From assembly GCF_006345805.1 (NCBI RefSeq), contig NC_043015.1, forward strand, positions 50,282,001-50,346,000: a stretch of DNA of 64,000 nt. Direction: 5' to 3'. The notes beneath the pieces are model-generated. The model ran no database searches, was not told where the DNA came from, and saw nothing but the letters and a program-made list of their open reading frames with translations. The first letter of the stretch is position 1. Every line of letters begins with the position of its first letter. Source of the stretch: Octopus sinensis (taxonomy: Eukaryota). Shown here piece by piece: positions 13,150 through 24,889 of the stretch. A program made the position numbers and the translations under genes.

Positions 13150-13795
13150 GCTCAGACATGAAACTGTGGGTTTCAAAGTACAATTCTTAGAATTCTGTGG
13201 AATGTGGGGTACCATAATCAAGTGTTCTATGATGGGTAGTGTCACAGTAAGGTTATATGGAATGAAAGGTACCACAGATCGAAGGGTGCCACAATAGAGT
13301 GTTCTATGATGTGTAGTACCACAGCAGGGAATTAAAGGTACCACAGCAAGGCTGATACAGAATGAAGAGTACCACAGCAAGGCTTATAAAGATTGAAGGG
13401 TGCCACAATAGAGTGTTCTATGATGTGTAGTACCACAGCAGGGAATGAAAGGTACCACAGCAAGGCTGATACAGAATGAAGAGTACCACAGCAAGGCTTA
13501 TAAAGATTGAAGGGTGCCACAATAGAGTGTTCTATGATGTGTAGTACCACAGCAGGGGTTATATGGAAAGATACCACAGCAAGAGTTATATAGAATGAAG
13601 GGTACCACAGCAAGGCTTATAAAGATAGAGTGTTCTATGATGTGTAGTACTATGATGTAGTTCTATGATGTGTAGTACCACAGCAGGGAATGAAAGGTAC
13701 CACAGCAAGGCTGATACAGAATGAAGGGTTTCAGAGCAAGGCTTATATAGAACGAGGGATACAAGCGCAAGATTGAAGGGTACCACAATAGAGTT
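13150..13795. repeat. Hierarchical minisatellite: 21-34-bp taccacagc subunits forming a 114-bp higher-order repeat
   Basis: 13281-13394 and 13395-13508 differ at 1 of 114 positions. A partial third unit starts at 13509. Confidence 0.9.
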
Positions 13796-14176
13796 TGTGT
13801 GTGTATGTGTGTGTGTGTGTGTTACTGTCGCCTTGCTACGACATAGCATGATGGAGGGCTATCACCTTGCCTGGAAACTGAAGGGCATCCAGCTGAAGAA
13901 ACTCTGTCTCAACAAAATTCCTTCTGACCCATACAAGCACAGAAAACTGGATGTTAAACCAAATGGTGATGACATCATTTTCACTGATGTTATATTTCCC
14001 TCTGGTCACTCATGTTGCTTTGACCAATGAAAACCCAGTAGTCTGTGAAAACTATTTATTTTTCCCCCTTATCTACAAAGAAACGTGAAAAATCTCATCT
14101 GCCCTCTCTTCACTTGCCTCATTTATTTAACATCATGCAGGTCTGTCTCTCTGCTTCTGGCATTGTATTCTGGCAA

Positions 14177-14572
14177 CCACCATCATCATCATCATTGTTC
14201 GACCGTGGTCGAGACAATGGAATTTACTATGTTACGCCAGACTTCACGGTCCATCATAGCATTACGGAGGTCCTGTTGCTGGATGCCTGTATCCCTGGAG
14301 ATTACATCAGGGTAGGAGAGTGTGCGCCCTCTGGTGTTGCGAGTAGATGGCTTCCAGAGGAGAAGAGTAGAAATTACTTCTTTTTCAGCTCTACAACAAT
14401 GTCCAGCAAACTGGACTCTCCTACCTTTCACAAGAGATGACACAGGTGGTAATTTCCCATATATTTGCATTTTGGTTGGATGGCGCCTCCACGAGAGATT
14501 TTGAGCTCTCATAAGGAGGCGAGTGTAGGTTCCATCCAACCGCCTCTCAAGCTTCTTTGATGCAACCACCAT
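14177..14572 (-). mobile_element. RTE-like LINE 3' fragment with (GAT)n tail
   Basis: ORF ...LDGTYTRLLMRAQNLSW...RRVQFAGHCCR...GRTLSYPDVISRDTG...MMDREVWR...* followed by tgatgatgatg. Confidence 0.8.
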
Positions 14573-15180
14573 GCATCAGGTGTTAGTTTGCTTGTATTTC
14601 ATTCTCTCTTGATAGCAGTTAACTTCTACTTTGGTCAGATCTAACCAATCTAACCATTTATAGAATTTCCATCAATAAGTATATGTACGCTTAACTGCCT
14701 TCCTTTTGTATGATGGCCGTTTATCTGTTTGCCCACAATCAAAATTATTCCACAGACATAAAAACATGAAAACGTCTACGTTTCATTGTCTGCAACATTT
14801 TACAACATAAATTATCTTAAGTGACGTATTAATGTATGTTTTCAAAAAATTGCATTCATGTAAACATCGCTTTGATGTTGGGAATTAATATCTAGAATTG
14901 TCCATGTTTGAATTTTATATTTAATCTGTATTCTCAAACAACATGTTGTGGAAATTACCATTGCTCTATAATAAATGTTCCTAAGATCTATTTTCTCTGT
15001 TGGTATTTAGAGAAATTAACCCATTTAAACCCAGTGTCTACCATTGTAGACCAAGCATATTATTTATCACAGAACAAATTATTGTCTACTGACAGACTTA
15101 AACTATGTGGCACACTTGCATATATATATAGTCGCCATGATAGATTGGTAGCCACTACACACATTTTTTTCTCTCCTTGT

Positions 15181-15220
15181 TTCTTTCTATGGAAGAGCGT
15201 AGGCTCAAAATGTTAAAGAA
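15181..15220 (+). ncRNA. Decayed minimal hammerhead-ribozyme-like motif in a Penelope-type repeat
   Basis: ttcttt-ctatgga-a-gagc gtag gctc-aaaat-gtt-aaagaa. Stems I (6 bp) and II (4 bp) are intact but both core strands are mutated. Confidence 0.4.
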
Positions 15221-15343
15221 TATTCAATTCCTGAGCATTATACTAATACATCTGTTTGTTTTCTACACCACCTATCTTCGTCTTTTGTTTTTTCGTGAAT
15301 TCTTCCTATATATATACACACACACACACACACATATATATAT

Positions 15344-15645
15344 GTGAAGGCGCATGGCTCAGTGGTTAGAGTGTCGAGCTTATGATCGTGAGGTTGTGAG
15401 TTCAAATCCCGGACCGGGCTGCATGTTGTGTTCTTGAGCAAGACACTTTATTTCACACTGCTCCAGTTCACTCAGCTGTAGAAATGAGTTTGCCTTTCTC
15501 TTGGATAACAATGGTGGCATGGAGAGGGGAGGCCGGTATGCATGGGCGACTGCAAGTCTTCCATAAACAGCCTTGCCTGGACTTGTGCATTGGAGGGTAA
15601 CTTTCTAGGTGCAATCCCATGGTCAGTCATGACCAAAGGGACCTC
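15344..15645 (+). mobile_element. tRNA-derived SINE
   Basis: tggctcagtggttaga A box, gagttcaaatccc B box, and the gtgttcttgagcaagacactt domain. Confidence 0.8.
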
Positions 15646-15647
15646 AG

Positions 15648-15681
<34 letters not shown>

Positions 15682-15682
<1 letters not shown>

Positions 15683-16745
15683 GCTGTTCATAATGGCCCT
15701 CTCAGACATGCCCTCAGCCACGCAGAGAGCCACGATCACAAGTTATGCAGATGATACAAAAGTTTCACAGGCAATACAGAACCCTGAGGACACTAAACAC
15801 CTGCAATGTGAGCTGGACAAAATATACAAGTGGGCTGAAAAGAATAGCATGCAGTTCAATGCTGAAAAGTTTCAAGCTCTATACTATCAGCATGCAAAAC
15901 TAAATGCAATACCCAATGAATACACTGGACCCAGAGGAATAGCAATCCCAGAGGCACAATCAGTGCGTGACCTAGGTATTTACATGAGTGATGACGCGAC
16001 CTTTCGTGTACATGTTGCTAAATTGGCAATGAAATGTAGACGACTGGCCGGATGGATCCTCAGAACCTTTAGAACAAGAGAACAAGAAACCATGATGGTC
16101 CTCTGGAGGACACTTGACCTAAGCCACTTTGACTACTGCTCTCAGTTATGGTCACCATCCAGTGTCAAGTTGATCACAGAGCTCGAGGCGATCCTACGTA
16201 GCTACACGAAGAAGATAGCCTCTATGCAGAATGTAAGCTACTGGGAAAGACTCAAGAGATTAAAACTATATTCCCTGGAGCGTAGGCGGGAAAGATATGC
16301 CATAATATACATCTGGAAGATCCTGGAGGGACGTGTCCTGAACTTTGGCATCGAGAGTTACGCAAATGCCAGAACTGGGCGCCACTGTGTGGTGCCTAGG
16401 ACTCCAAACTTGCCATCAAGATGTAGGACAAGATTCCGTGATAGCCTGGGCTTCCGAGGCCCACAGCTCTTCAATATCCTCCCGAAGAACCTGAGAGACC
16501 TGCATGGGGTGGATGCAGATGTCTTTAAAATGAAGCTGGATCTCTTCCTGTCAGGTGTCCCAGATGAACCAACTTCACGGCAGGAGGGGCAGATGAGGGC
16601 AGCTGCATCGAACTCTCTCATGCACCAAATGGCAGTTGCTAGAAAGCTTTCGTGAAGTGAAACCAAGTAGCAACACCAAATGGCGGTGCCCCAGCATGGC
16701 CACAGCTCATAAGCTGAAACTAGAATCAATCAATCAATCAATCAT
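15682..16745 (+). mobile_element. 5'-truncated CR1-group LINE: reverse transcriptase C-terminal half, uninterrupted 324-codon frame, 3' UTR hairpin and (AATC)n tail
   Basis: LFI..SYADDTK (YADD motif), DLGI, DYCSQLWSP, LKLYSLERRRER, VPDEP...RAAASNSL. Starts directly after a (TA)n tract. Confidence 0.92.
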
Positions 16746-16769
16746 TAGGTCTTTTTTTAATATTTGATA

Positions 16770-17045
16770 CTTATTTTTTATCTCTTTTGCTAAGTTACAG
16801 AGACGTAAACACACCAACATCGGTTGTCAAGCAGTGATGGGGGACAAACAGAGATACAAAGACATACACAAACACACACATATATGTGTGTATGTGTGTC
16901 AACAGGCTTCTTTCAGTTTCCATCTACGAAATCCACTCACAAGGCTTTGGTTGGCCTAAAGCTATAGTAGAAGACATTTGCCCAAGGTGCCATGCAGTGG
17001 GATTGAACCGTGAACCATATGGTTGGGAATCAACACAGTTGTGCC
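16770..17045 (-). mobile_element. SINE family A (further partial copies at about 8230-8320, 8895-9050, 17145-17310, 17340-17590, 21700-21800, 38060-38190, 45935-45990, 51470-51610)
   Basis: Family A core gtttccatctacgaaatccactcacaaggctttgg ... gcccaaggtgccatgcagtggg. Confidence 0.8.
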
Positions 17046-17929
17046 TGTACCTACCAATATCTAAGTCCGATAAAAACAGACAAGTTATAATTGATAGATT
17101 CCTCTGGCCCTTAGGACGATAAGGGCTTAAGGAAAATCATACATAAGTGCAGGTATGTCTATGTGGTTAAGCAGTTTGCTTCCCAACCACATGGTCCTAG
17201 GTTCAATTTCACTGTGTTGCGCCTTGGCAAGCAATTGTCTTCTATTATAGCCCAGGGTTGACTATAGTGTGAGAGTGAATTCGATAGATGGAAACTAAAA
17301 GAAGCCTATGTTGTGAGTGGGTGGATCTTTTACCTTTTAATTGCTTCAGTCATTGAACTGCGACCATGCTGGGGCAATCCCTTAAAACCTGGTACTTACT
17401 TATTTTATCAGTCTCTTTTGCCAAACTACTAAGTTATAGGGATGTAAACAAACCAATATGGGTTACCACCAACCGAGTTCATTCACAAGGCCTTGATGAG
17501 GCTGGGTGATAGAAGACGACACATGTCTAAGGTGATGTGCAGTGGAATTGAAACCGAAATCCTGTGATTGCAAAGTGAGCTTCTTAACTTCCCAACCATG
17601 GATGTCTGTATGTTAGTACATGTGTGTGTGTGTGTGTAAATTTGTGCTTGTTTCTATGAAAGTTGCAACCTCTGAGCAATGATGTTCTTATCACTTCTGT
17701 CAACAAATCCTCTGCTCCCTTTGCATCTTCAAAGCTGTGTGGGATAAGAGATCCTTTACTTGAAAAGCAGGTAAAGGTTAGCAACAGGAGGTGCATCCAG
17801 TACCTCAATGATACTGCAAAGATATGTTTGTCCAACCCATGCTAGCATGGAAAAACGAATTTGAAATAAATGGATGGACCAAAATTTTTGTGGTTACATC
17901 TATGAAGCAAACTTGAAATTTAACATGTC

Positions 17930-18310
17930 TGTCTGTCTATCTATCTATCTATCCATTCATCCACCTACCTACCTACCTACCTACCTACCTGCCTGCCTAC
18001 CTACCTACCTACCTACCTACATACCTACCTACCTACCTACCTACCAACCTACCTACCTACCAACCTACCTACCTACCAACCTACCTACCAACCTACCTAC
18101 CTACCAACCTACCTACCTACCTACCTACCTACCTACATACCTACCTACCCCCTACCTACCTACTTACCTACCTACCAACCTACCTACCTACCTACTTACC
18201 TACCTCTCTATCTATGTATGCACATGCAAATGCACATGTATACACACGCACACACATACATATACACACACATACATATACACCCACACACATATACACT
18301 CAGAGATTAG
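17930..18310. repeat. (CTAT)n/(CTAC)n/(CA)n compound microsatellite
   Basis: Direct reading. Confidence 0.95.
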
Positions 18311-18654
18311 ATAGACATATTAAAAAATACACAAAATCTATGTTACAAAATATTTTATATTCATTCTTCCATGCTCGAGTAAATTTCAGAGTTTCAAAAA
18401 CAACTCAGATGTTAGTATTGGCTTATTGAAGCATATAATAAAAGCTGGCCGTCTAGCTTAACGCAAATCAGTCAACCAAAAAGTGGAAGTAGTACTTATT
18501 TTCAACTAGATTAACTCGGAAGTTTATCATAGAACAGTGGGAGTTATCACTGCATTGGTACTGAGAGACGAGTCTTTAGATTTCGTTTGGTGGATTATCA
18601 CCTGGATGGTTGGTGTCGCTGTTGCAATTATTGGTGTCGGTAGCATCAGCAATG

Positions 18655-19070
18655 GTGCCTTTGTCGTCATCGTTGTTGTCGCCATCATTTCATCGTCGTC
18701 ATCGTCCTTGTTGTCGCCGTTGTCGTTGTTGTTGTCGCCGTTGTTGTTGCCGTCGTTGTTGTTGTCGCCGTCATTTCATCGCCGTCGTCGTTGTTGTTGT
18801 CGCCGTTGTCATTGCTGTTGTCGCAGTCGTTGTCGCCGTTGTTGTTGTCGCCGTCATTTCATCACTGTCATCGTCGTTGTTGTCGTTGTCGTCGCCGTCA
18901 TTTCATTGCCGTCATTGTTGTTGTTACCACTGTCATCATTACTGTCGCCATCATTTCATCGCGGTCATCGTTGTTGTTGTTGCCATCGTCATTGCCATTG
19001 TTGCTGTCATCGTTACTGCCGTCATGAGCAGCATCACTTCTGCTGTCATTGCCACCATCACAGCTTACTT
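18655..19070. repeat. (GTC/GTT/CAT)n degenerate trinucleotide array
   Basis: Direct reading. Confidence 0.9.
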
Positions 19071-19149
19071 TATACACACACACACATGTGCGTAATGTGC
19101 GTTCTTGTTCCTTGTCTTGTGTGATAGCTGTAAATGAGTGTCACCACCA

Positions 19150-19680
19150 TACCAGCGGTGTCATTTCACCATAATCATCATCATCATCATCATTTCATGA
19201 CAACCATTTCACTTGGCTTGATGGGTCATCTTCACAAGCATAGCATATTGCCACAGGTTTTGTTTATTTGTCACTGCCTCTGTGAGACCCAATGCTTGAA
19301 AGGTGTTTTTTACATACCAGCAACACAGGTGCCAATTGCATGACACCAGTATCTGCCATGACTACCATTTCACTTGGCCTGATGGGTCTTCTGCTCAAGC
19401 ACAGCATATTGTCACAGCTCTCAGTCATTTGTCATTGCCTCCGTGAGGCCCAATGCTCAAACGGTGCTTTTTATGTGCCATTGACACAGGTACTGGTTAC
19501 ATGATGCTTGTATAATATTTCCAGCAATCATCTGTGAAAATATATCTGGTTAAGGGGTAATATTACCTTGCTTGGAATCATGTATGGGTTAGTTGCAGGA
19601 AGGGCATCCAGCTGTTGAAATCTACTTCAATGAATCTCATCTGACCCATGGTGATGACATGGAACTAAAACTGAGTAACA
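19150..19680. mobile_element. Degenerate family C element pieces with an internal tandem duplication of about 160 bp
   Basis: atgac(a/t)accatttcacttggc(t/c)tgatgggtc occurs at about 19197 and 19359. Confidence 0.55.
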
Positions 19681-19798
19681 GTAAGGTAAACTATACTGAG
19701 TAACAGAAAGGTAATACAGTTCTATATTTAAGAGATGAGGATTTTTTATATACATTATTTAAATTTGACAGATATTTGTCCTCATCTTGTTTGTTGTT

Positions 19799-19844
19799 AA
19801 CACAACGTTTCGGCTGATATACCCTCCAGCCTTCTTCAGGTGTC
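19799..19844 (-). ncRNA. Minimal type I hammerhead ribozyme motif (Penelope-associated)
   Basis: gacac-CUGAAGA-a-ggcug gaggguauau cagcc-GAAAC-GUU-guguu. Intact core, 5-bp stem II, 5-bp stem I with one G-U pair, palindromic AACGUU in place of stem III. Confidence 0.7.
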
Positions 19845-19907
19845 TTGGGGAAATTTCGAACCTGGGTTCTCATTCCTAAGGTATGATATCACCGTTGTTG
19901 CTGCCTA

Positions 19908-19968
19908 GAATTGAACTTGGAATCTTGGGGTTAGTAGCCTGCACTCTTAACCACTATGCCATATGCTC
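19908..19968 (-). promoter_or_regulatory. tRNA-like internal Pol III promoter inside the Penelope 3' region
   Basis: A box TGGCATAGTGG (19961-19951) and B box GTTCAATTC (19916-19908), 34 nt apart. An anticodon-like loop CTACTAA lies between them. Confidence 0.6.
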
Positions 19969-20563
19969 GTGGGCAATTATGGGGTGAATTTTAAGGCTTT
20001 TAAATCTAATATTTTTCTATCCTTCCTTAATACCGGTTTCCATATGCTATTCATATCTGCACTCGGTCTGCTTAGGAGGTTGTTGTGTCCTAGCATATGT
20101 GCTGCTTCTTTTAGTTTTCCTATTTTCCATTGGTGCTCTCTGTCTATTATTTTAACTTCATCCCACAGGGGGAGATGGTCTTCATTTTTCCATTCATGAT
20201 CAGTTATACCTGATTTATCAATATCTCCTCGTGTCACAGCTTTGCGATGTTCCTCTACCCTTATCTTTTTTTTTGAGAAGGTGGCATGTTTCGCCTTTGT
20301 ATAACCTATCACAGCTGCATGGGATGGAGTACACGCAGTTTTTGGTCATATTCTCTTTTATTGGTGGTTTTACTCGAAGGAGATATTTGCAAAGTGTTAT
20401 ATTACTCTTGAATACTGTCCTGATGTCATATGGGCCGCATATCTTTTGTATCTTTCCAGAGAGGCCTTTCACATAGGGTAGATAGACACTGTGAGGTAAT
20501 AGTTGATAGTGATTGAATGATTGGGTGTAGAAATAAGAATGAGAAATAAGGGCAAGAACTTAC

Positions 20564-20662
20564 CTAAATGGTATGAATCAGACGTGTTGCCACAGGCTTG
20601 CTGGATTTCAAGACTGTCCCAGCCATGGGGGTAAATGGCTACCCCACCTCCAATCAACATTC
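20564..20662 (-). CDS. LHFPL6: Internal 99-nt coding exon of the LHFPL6-like gene: (G)MLIGGGVAIYPHGWDSLEIQQACGNTSDSYHL(G)
   Basis: Acceptor ttctctAG at 20664-20663 and donor GTAAGT at 20563-20558, phase 1/1. Contains the family YPxGWDxxEVxQxCG motif (human LHFP recalled as [34 protein letters not shown]). Confidence 0.9.
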
Positions 20663-20694
20663 CTAGAGAAAACAGAAAGGAAACTGAAGTTCAG

Positions 20695-21125
20695 TACATG
20701 GATTCGTTTATATGTCTAATTAATGCAGAAGGCAGATAAGTGAAGACAAAAGACAAGTAGATGAAGATTAATGGCAGATAGATGAAGACAAAAGATTGAT
20801 TGATGAAGACAAAACTGACAGAGAGTTGAAGATAAAAGACAGAGTTGAAGACGAATGATAGATAGATGAAGACATGGCAGATAGATGAAGAGAAAAGACA
20901 GATGAAAAGAATAGACTGATAGATGAAGTGAAAAGACAAGAAGATGAAGATAAATGGCAGATAGATGAAGACAAAAGATAGATAGATGAAGACAAAACTG
21001 ACAGAGAGTTGAAGGTGAATGATAGATAGATGAATACATGGCAGATAGTTGAAGACTAAAGACAAATAGATGAAGAGAATAGACGGATAGATAAAGAGGA
21101 AAGAAAATGACAGACAGATGAAGAG
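20695..21125. repeat. Degenerate purine-rich minisatellite (gatagatgaagacaaa-type) abutting the exon acceptor
   Basis: About 11 ATGAAG copies. Block gaagacaaaactgacagagagttgaag is repeated at about 20805 and 20988. Confidence 0.85.
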
Positions 21126-22770
21126 AGGAAACAAGACTGAGAACATATGAACTTGTCTAAGCTTATGAATCCATATATTAAAAAATGTGACTTGTTTCTC
21201 CTTCACTTTTTCAATACATTCTGAGCTTCTTATCAAAAATTGGTCTTTTTCTTTTCAAGAATTGTATGCAATCATTTGAATGATTCGACAATTTCTCTAT
21301 TCTCATTTAAAAACTCTATTATATATTTGTACAGATGAATTTTTTCCCACATATCTCCGCACACAACTTTTGTTAACACCTCATATTCTTTCCATTCTTT
21401 ATTGTTAATGAAATTATTATAACGTATATTGACCTCTTTTCCATTTGCTTTTGGCCTACATCATGAATAGTTTTTTTTTTTTAAAGAAACAATTGTCCCT
21501 ATCCAGCCCACAAGATCTAGTTTCTGCTACAACCCAATCAACCAAACAAATAAGTATGACATCCCACTTATAACACAACATTGCAATAGATGTCTGTAAT
21601 TGGTAAAACAGTTAACTTTTTCTATATGAAAATAAAACTGGTTGTTGTTCAAGTTGGAGATGTACAACAAATAACTGAGATATTTATATAGGGAATTCAA
21701 CGTAGAGCAGGCATGGCTGAGTGGTTCAGAAGCTTGCTTCACAAGTAGATTGCTTCAGGTTCAATCCTACTATGTGATATCTTAGGCAAGTATTTTCTAC
21801 TTTATCCTGGTGGTTGATCAAAGAGTTGGTAGAAAGAAACTGTGTGAAACTAAAACAGTTTGTGAGGAACATTTTCCATTTTTGGGTGGTAGTAACCTTA
21901 GTCTGTCATCCAGTCTAACACCACTACCTGGTCCTTGGGTGCCTTGAGCAGACTCCTATCTGTTACAAGCATTCAGGCCAGGCCTATGGTTTAACAATAC
22001 CTTCCTCCTTCTTTCCCACCAAGCATAGACCATGTAAGGAGTGATAGGCACTATTGTTTATTTCCTAATATAATAATGAGCATAGGAGGAGGATAGAAAA
22101 TATTAATTCAGTGAAGGAGAAGTAGTGAGAGTAATAGCCCTGACTGAGAGGGCATGAGGGAAGATAATAACAATGGGAAAAAGGAAGGGTTGATAGATGA
22201 ATAAGGAAGGAATGGGTGAAAAAAAACCAGTGTTTCAACTCTGTGTGAGTATATGTGTGTATGTGTGTGCATGTACAAGGGAAGTATGTGAATGTTTGTA
22301 TGTGTGATTATTATGTACCTTATTTATATATAAAATACTACAATTAGCCGTCATTATTGATGGCACATGTTCAGCTAATACACAGTAAAGAGTTAATTTG
22401 ATTTATTTTATTTGTCTTATGTCATGCTGACAGTTTCAAATAAGAATGAAATGGTGCTGTACCATGATCACCAATGACTAGAAATTTTAAGATCTTTGTA
22501 ATAAGTAAGAAGAAGAAAAATATTAAATATGTATATTCTGTACATCTTCATTGCTCTACGATCTTCTAATCTCATTATGTTTGATCTAGAAGTGATTACT
22601 GTATTTTCTGGCATACAAGTCAACATAGAATATAGTGCAACATATAATAAAAACTTTTAAAACATTGTCCCTAACTTCCCAAATCCTGCTGCACTTCACA
22701 GGGAATTTTTGGTCCTTCAAAATCGTTTTGGTGTATAGGTCAACCTACCCTTTATTTGGCTGTTAATTTT

Positions 22771-22965
22771 AGTCTAAAAAAATTCAACTTGCATACCAGA
22801 AAATAGAGTGTTTCCCTTACAAAACCCAGCAACTAGGGCACATAACATGTAGCTAGCTGTAAACTTTAGTCTAAAAAAATTCAACTTGTATACTAGTAAA
22901 TAGAGTATCGCCCTTACAAAACCTAGCCACCAGGGTATATTATAAGTAGCTAATAATAAACATTT
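22771..22965. repeat. 97-bp diverged tandem duplication
   Basis: agtctaaaaaaattcaacttg starts at 22771 and 22868. Confidence 0.85.
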
Positions 22966-23389
22966 TGGAAACAAAAGAATTCATATCTTTGCAATATATA
23001 TTTACACCTTGCTTTACATATGTTTCTGCTTGTTGTAGAGATGAAGAAAACCCATGGGGGATTAAGTTACTTCAGACAAGTAACTTAGCACTCTTGACTC
23101 GAGAAGGGAGATTAAGATAAGACTAAAACAATTGACAGTTTTGTCACGACATATCTCTGGAAGCAGACAGCAATGGTTTAGAGTTCACACGAGGACACTT
23201 GGAAGTTGATATAGTTAATCCTTAAGTATACTAATTAATTAGCAATTAATACTGTTTATAATGGCAGATTTGTAATTTGTTGTCAATGAGATTTTAAGGC
23301 AGCAAGTGTCTTTTATCAAGAAATAAAAATAAAAAGGAGGAATTAGAAAATAAAGACGAAGGATTTTGTATGCAACTTTTTTTCTTTAA

Positions 23390-23423
23390 GTGTGTGTGTT
23401 TTTGTTTGTGCGTGTTTGTTTGT

Positions 23424-23468
<45 letters not shown>

Positions 23469-23832
23469 TTTGGTTGTTTGTGTGTTTGTTTGTGTGTGTG
23501 TTTAGGTGTGTGTGAGTGTATGTGTGTTTGTTTGTGTGTGTATGTGTGTTTGTGTGTTTGTGAGTGTGTGTGTGTGTGTGTCTGTGTGTGTATGTGTTTG
23601 TTTGTGAGTGTGTGTGTAAGTGTGTGTGTGAGTGTATGTGTGTTTGTTTGTGTGAGTGTATGTGTGTTTGTTTGTGTGTTTGTGAGTGTGTATGTGAGTG
23701 CATGTGTTTGTTTGTGTGTATGTGTGTGTTTGTTTGAGTGTGTTTGTGAGTGTGTGTGTGTGAGTGTATGTGTGTTTGTGTGTGTGTGTGTTTGTTTATT
23801 TGTTTGTTTGTGTGTGTGTGTGTGTGTGTATG
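23390..23832. repeat. (TG)n/(TGTT)n array
   Basis: Direct reading. Confidence 0.95.
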
Positions 23833-23924
23833 TAGGCCATATGAGTAAGAAAGAACTGCCAAGTTTAAGGTAGATATTTTCAGTGGAAAATTTCTCAGAT
23901 ATCTTATGTTTCATCTTTTCCTTG

Positions 23925-24216
23925 TTCCAGTCATTGGGCTGCAGCCATGCTGGGGCAATACTTTGAAGTGTTTAGTGAAACAGATAGATACAAGTACTTA
24001 TTTGTTTGTTTTTTTTCAGTCAGGTATTTATTTTATCAGTATTTTTTGCTAAACTACTAAATTACACGGATCTAAATAATCCAAGACCGACCATCCTGTG
24101 GTAGTGATGGAGAAACACACACACACACATACACACACATACACACACTCACACACACACACACACACACTCACACACACACACCACACACACACTCACA
24201 CACACGCACACACACA

Positions 24217-24247
<31 letters not shown>

Positions 24248-24410
24248 ATAGGCTTCAACACAGTTTCTGTCAACCAAATTCATTCACAAGGCACTGGTCG
24301 GTCTGGTGCTATGGTAGAAGACACTTGCCCAACTGCCACACTGGGACTGAACCTAACACCAAGGGATTGCAAAACGGGCTTCTTAACCACACAGCCATGC
24401 ATGTGCCTAT
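23925..24410 (-). mobile_element. SINE family A with expanded (CA)n linker
   Basis: Tail hairpin region at 23925-23960 and head at about 24380-24410. Confidence 0.7.
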
Positions 24411-24811
24411 GACTAATTTTTATTATTTTTTTTGTTATGTTTCATTACTAGTACACCTTCTCCTTGACTTATGACTGAGTTCTGTTCTGCCTGATAAATC
24501 ATATTAATTCAAACTGGTCATATGCCAGATTTATATTTTTCAATGCTATTGTCATTCAACTGCAACTGATGCTTGAAAGCGACTGAGTAAGAGACAGGGG
24601 CAGGCTGTAGGATGCCTGGGTCTGAGGGGTGGGGCCTGCATTGCCAGATGCTGCTTTAGTTATCATACAAGGCATTAGAAAGGGTTGTAGAAACCTTGCC
24701 AGATCAGACTGGAACCTGGTGCAGCCTCCTGGCTTGCCAGTCCTCACTCTAAACCATCAAACGATGATGATGATGAGGATGATGAGGATGATGATGATAA
24801 TGAGGATGATG

Positions 24812-24845
<34 letters not shown>

Positions 24846-24889
24846 GGATGATGATGATGATTATGATGATGCAGCTGCCCAACGTCTGA

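Larger units (their letters stand above)
19715..20497 (-). mobile_element. Penelope-like element 3' portion: GIY-YIG endonuclease (frameshifted), tRNA-like segment, hammerhead motif and 3' repeat
   Basis: SVYLPYVKGLSGKIQKIC...CVYSIPCSCDRLYKGET, then a frameshift in an A run, then RVEEHRK...SGITDHEW...DEVKII...KLKEA...FTP*. A homologous 3' region lies at 52429-52721. Confidence 0.88.

Noticed and set aside
13150-13795. CRISPR-like look of the repeat arrays here and at 41879-42430
   Set aside because: There are no unique spacers. The units are tandem and the DNA is eukaryotic.
15681-16655. 324-aa ORF as a host gene
   Set aside because: It is a 5'-truncated CR1 reverse transcriptase with a LINE tail.
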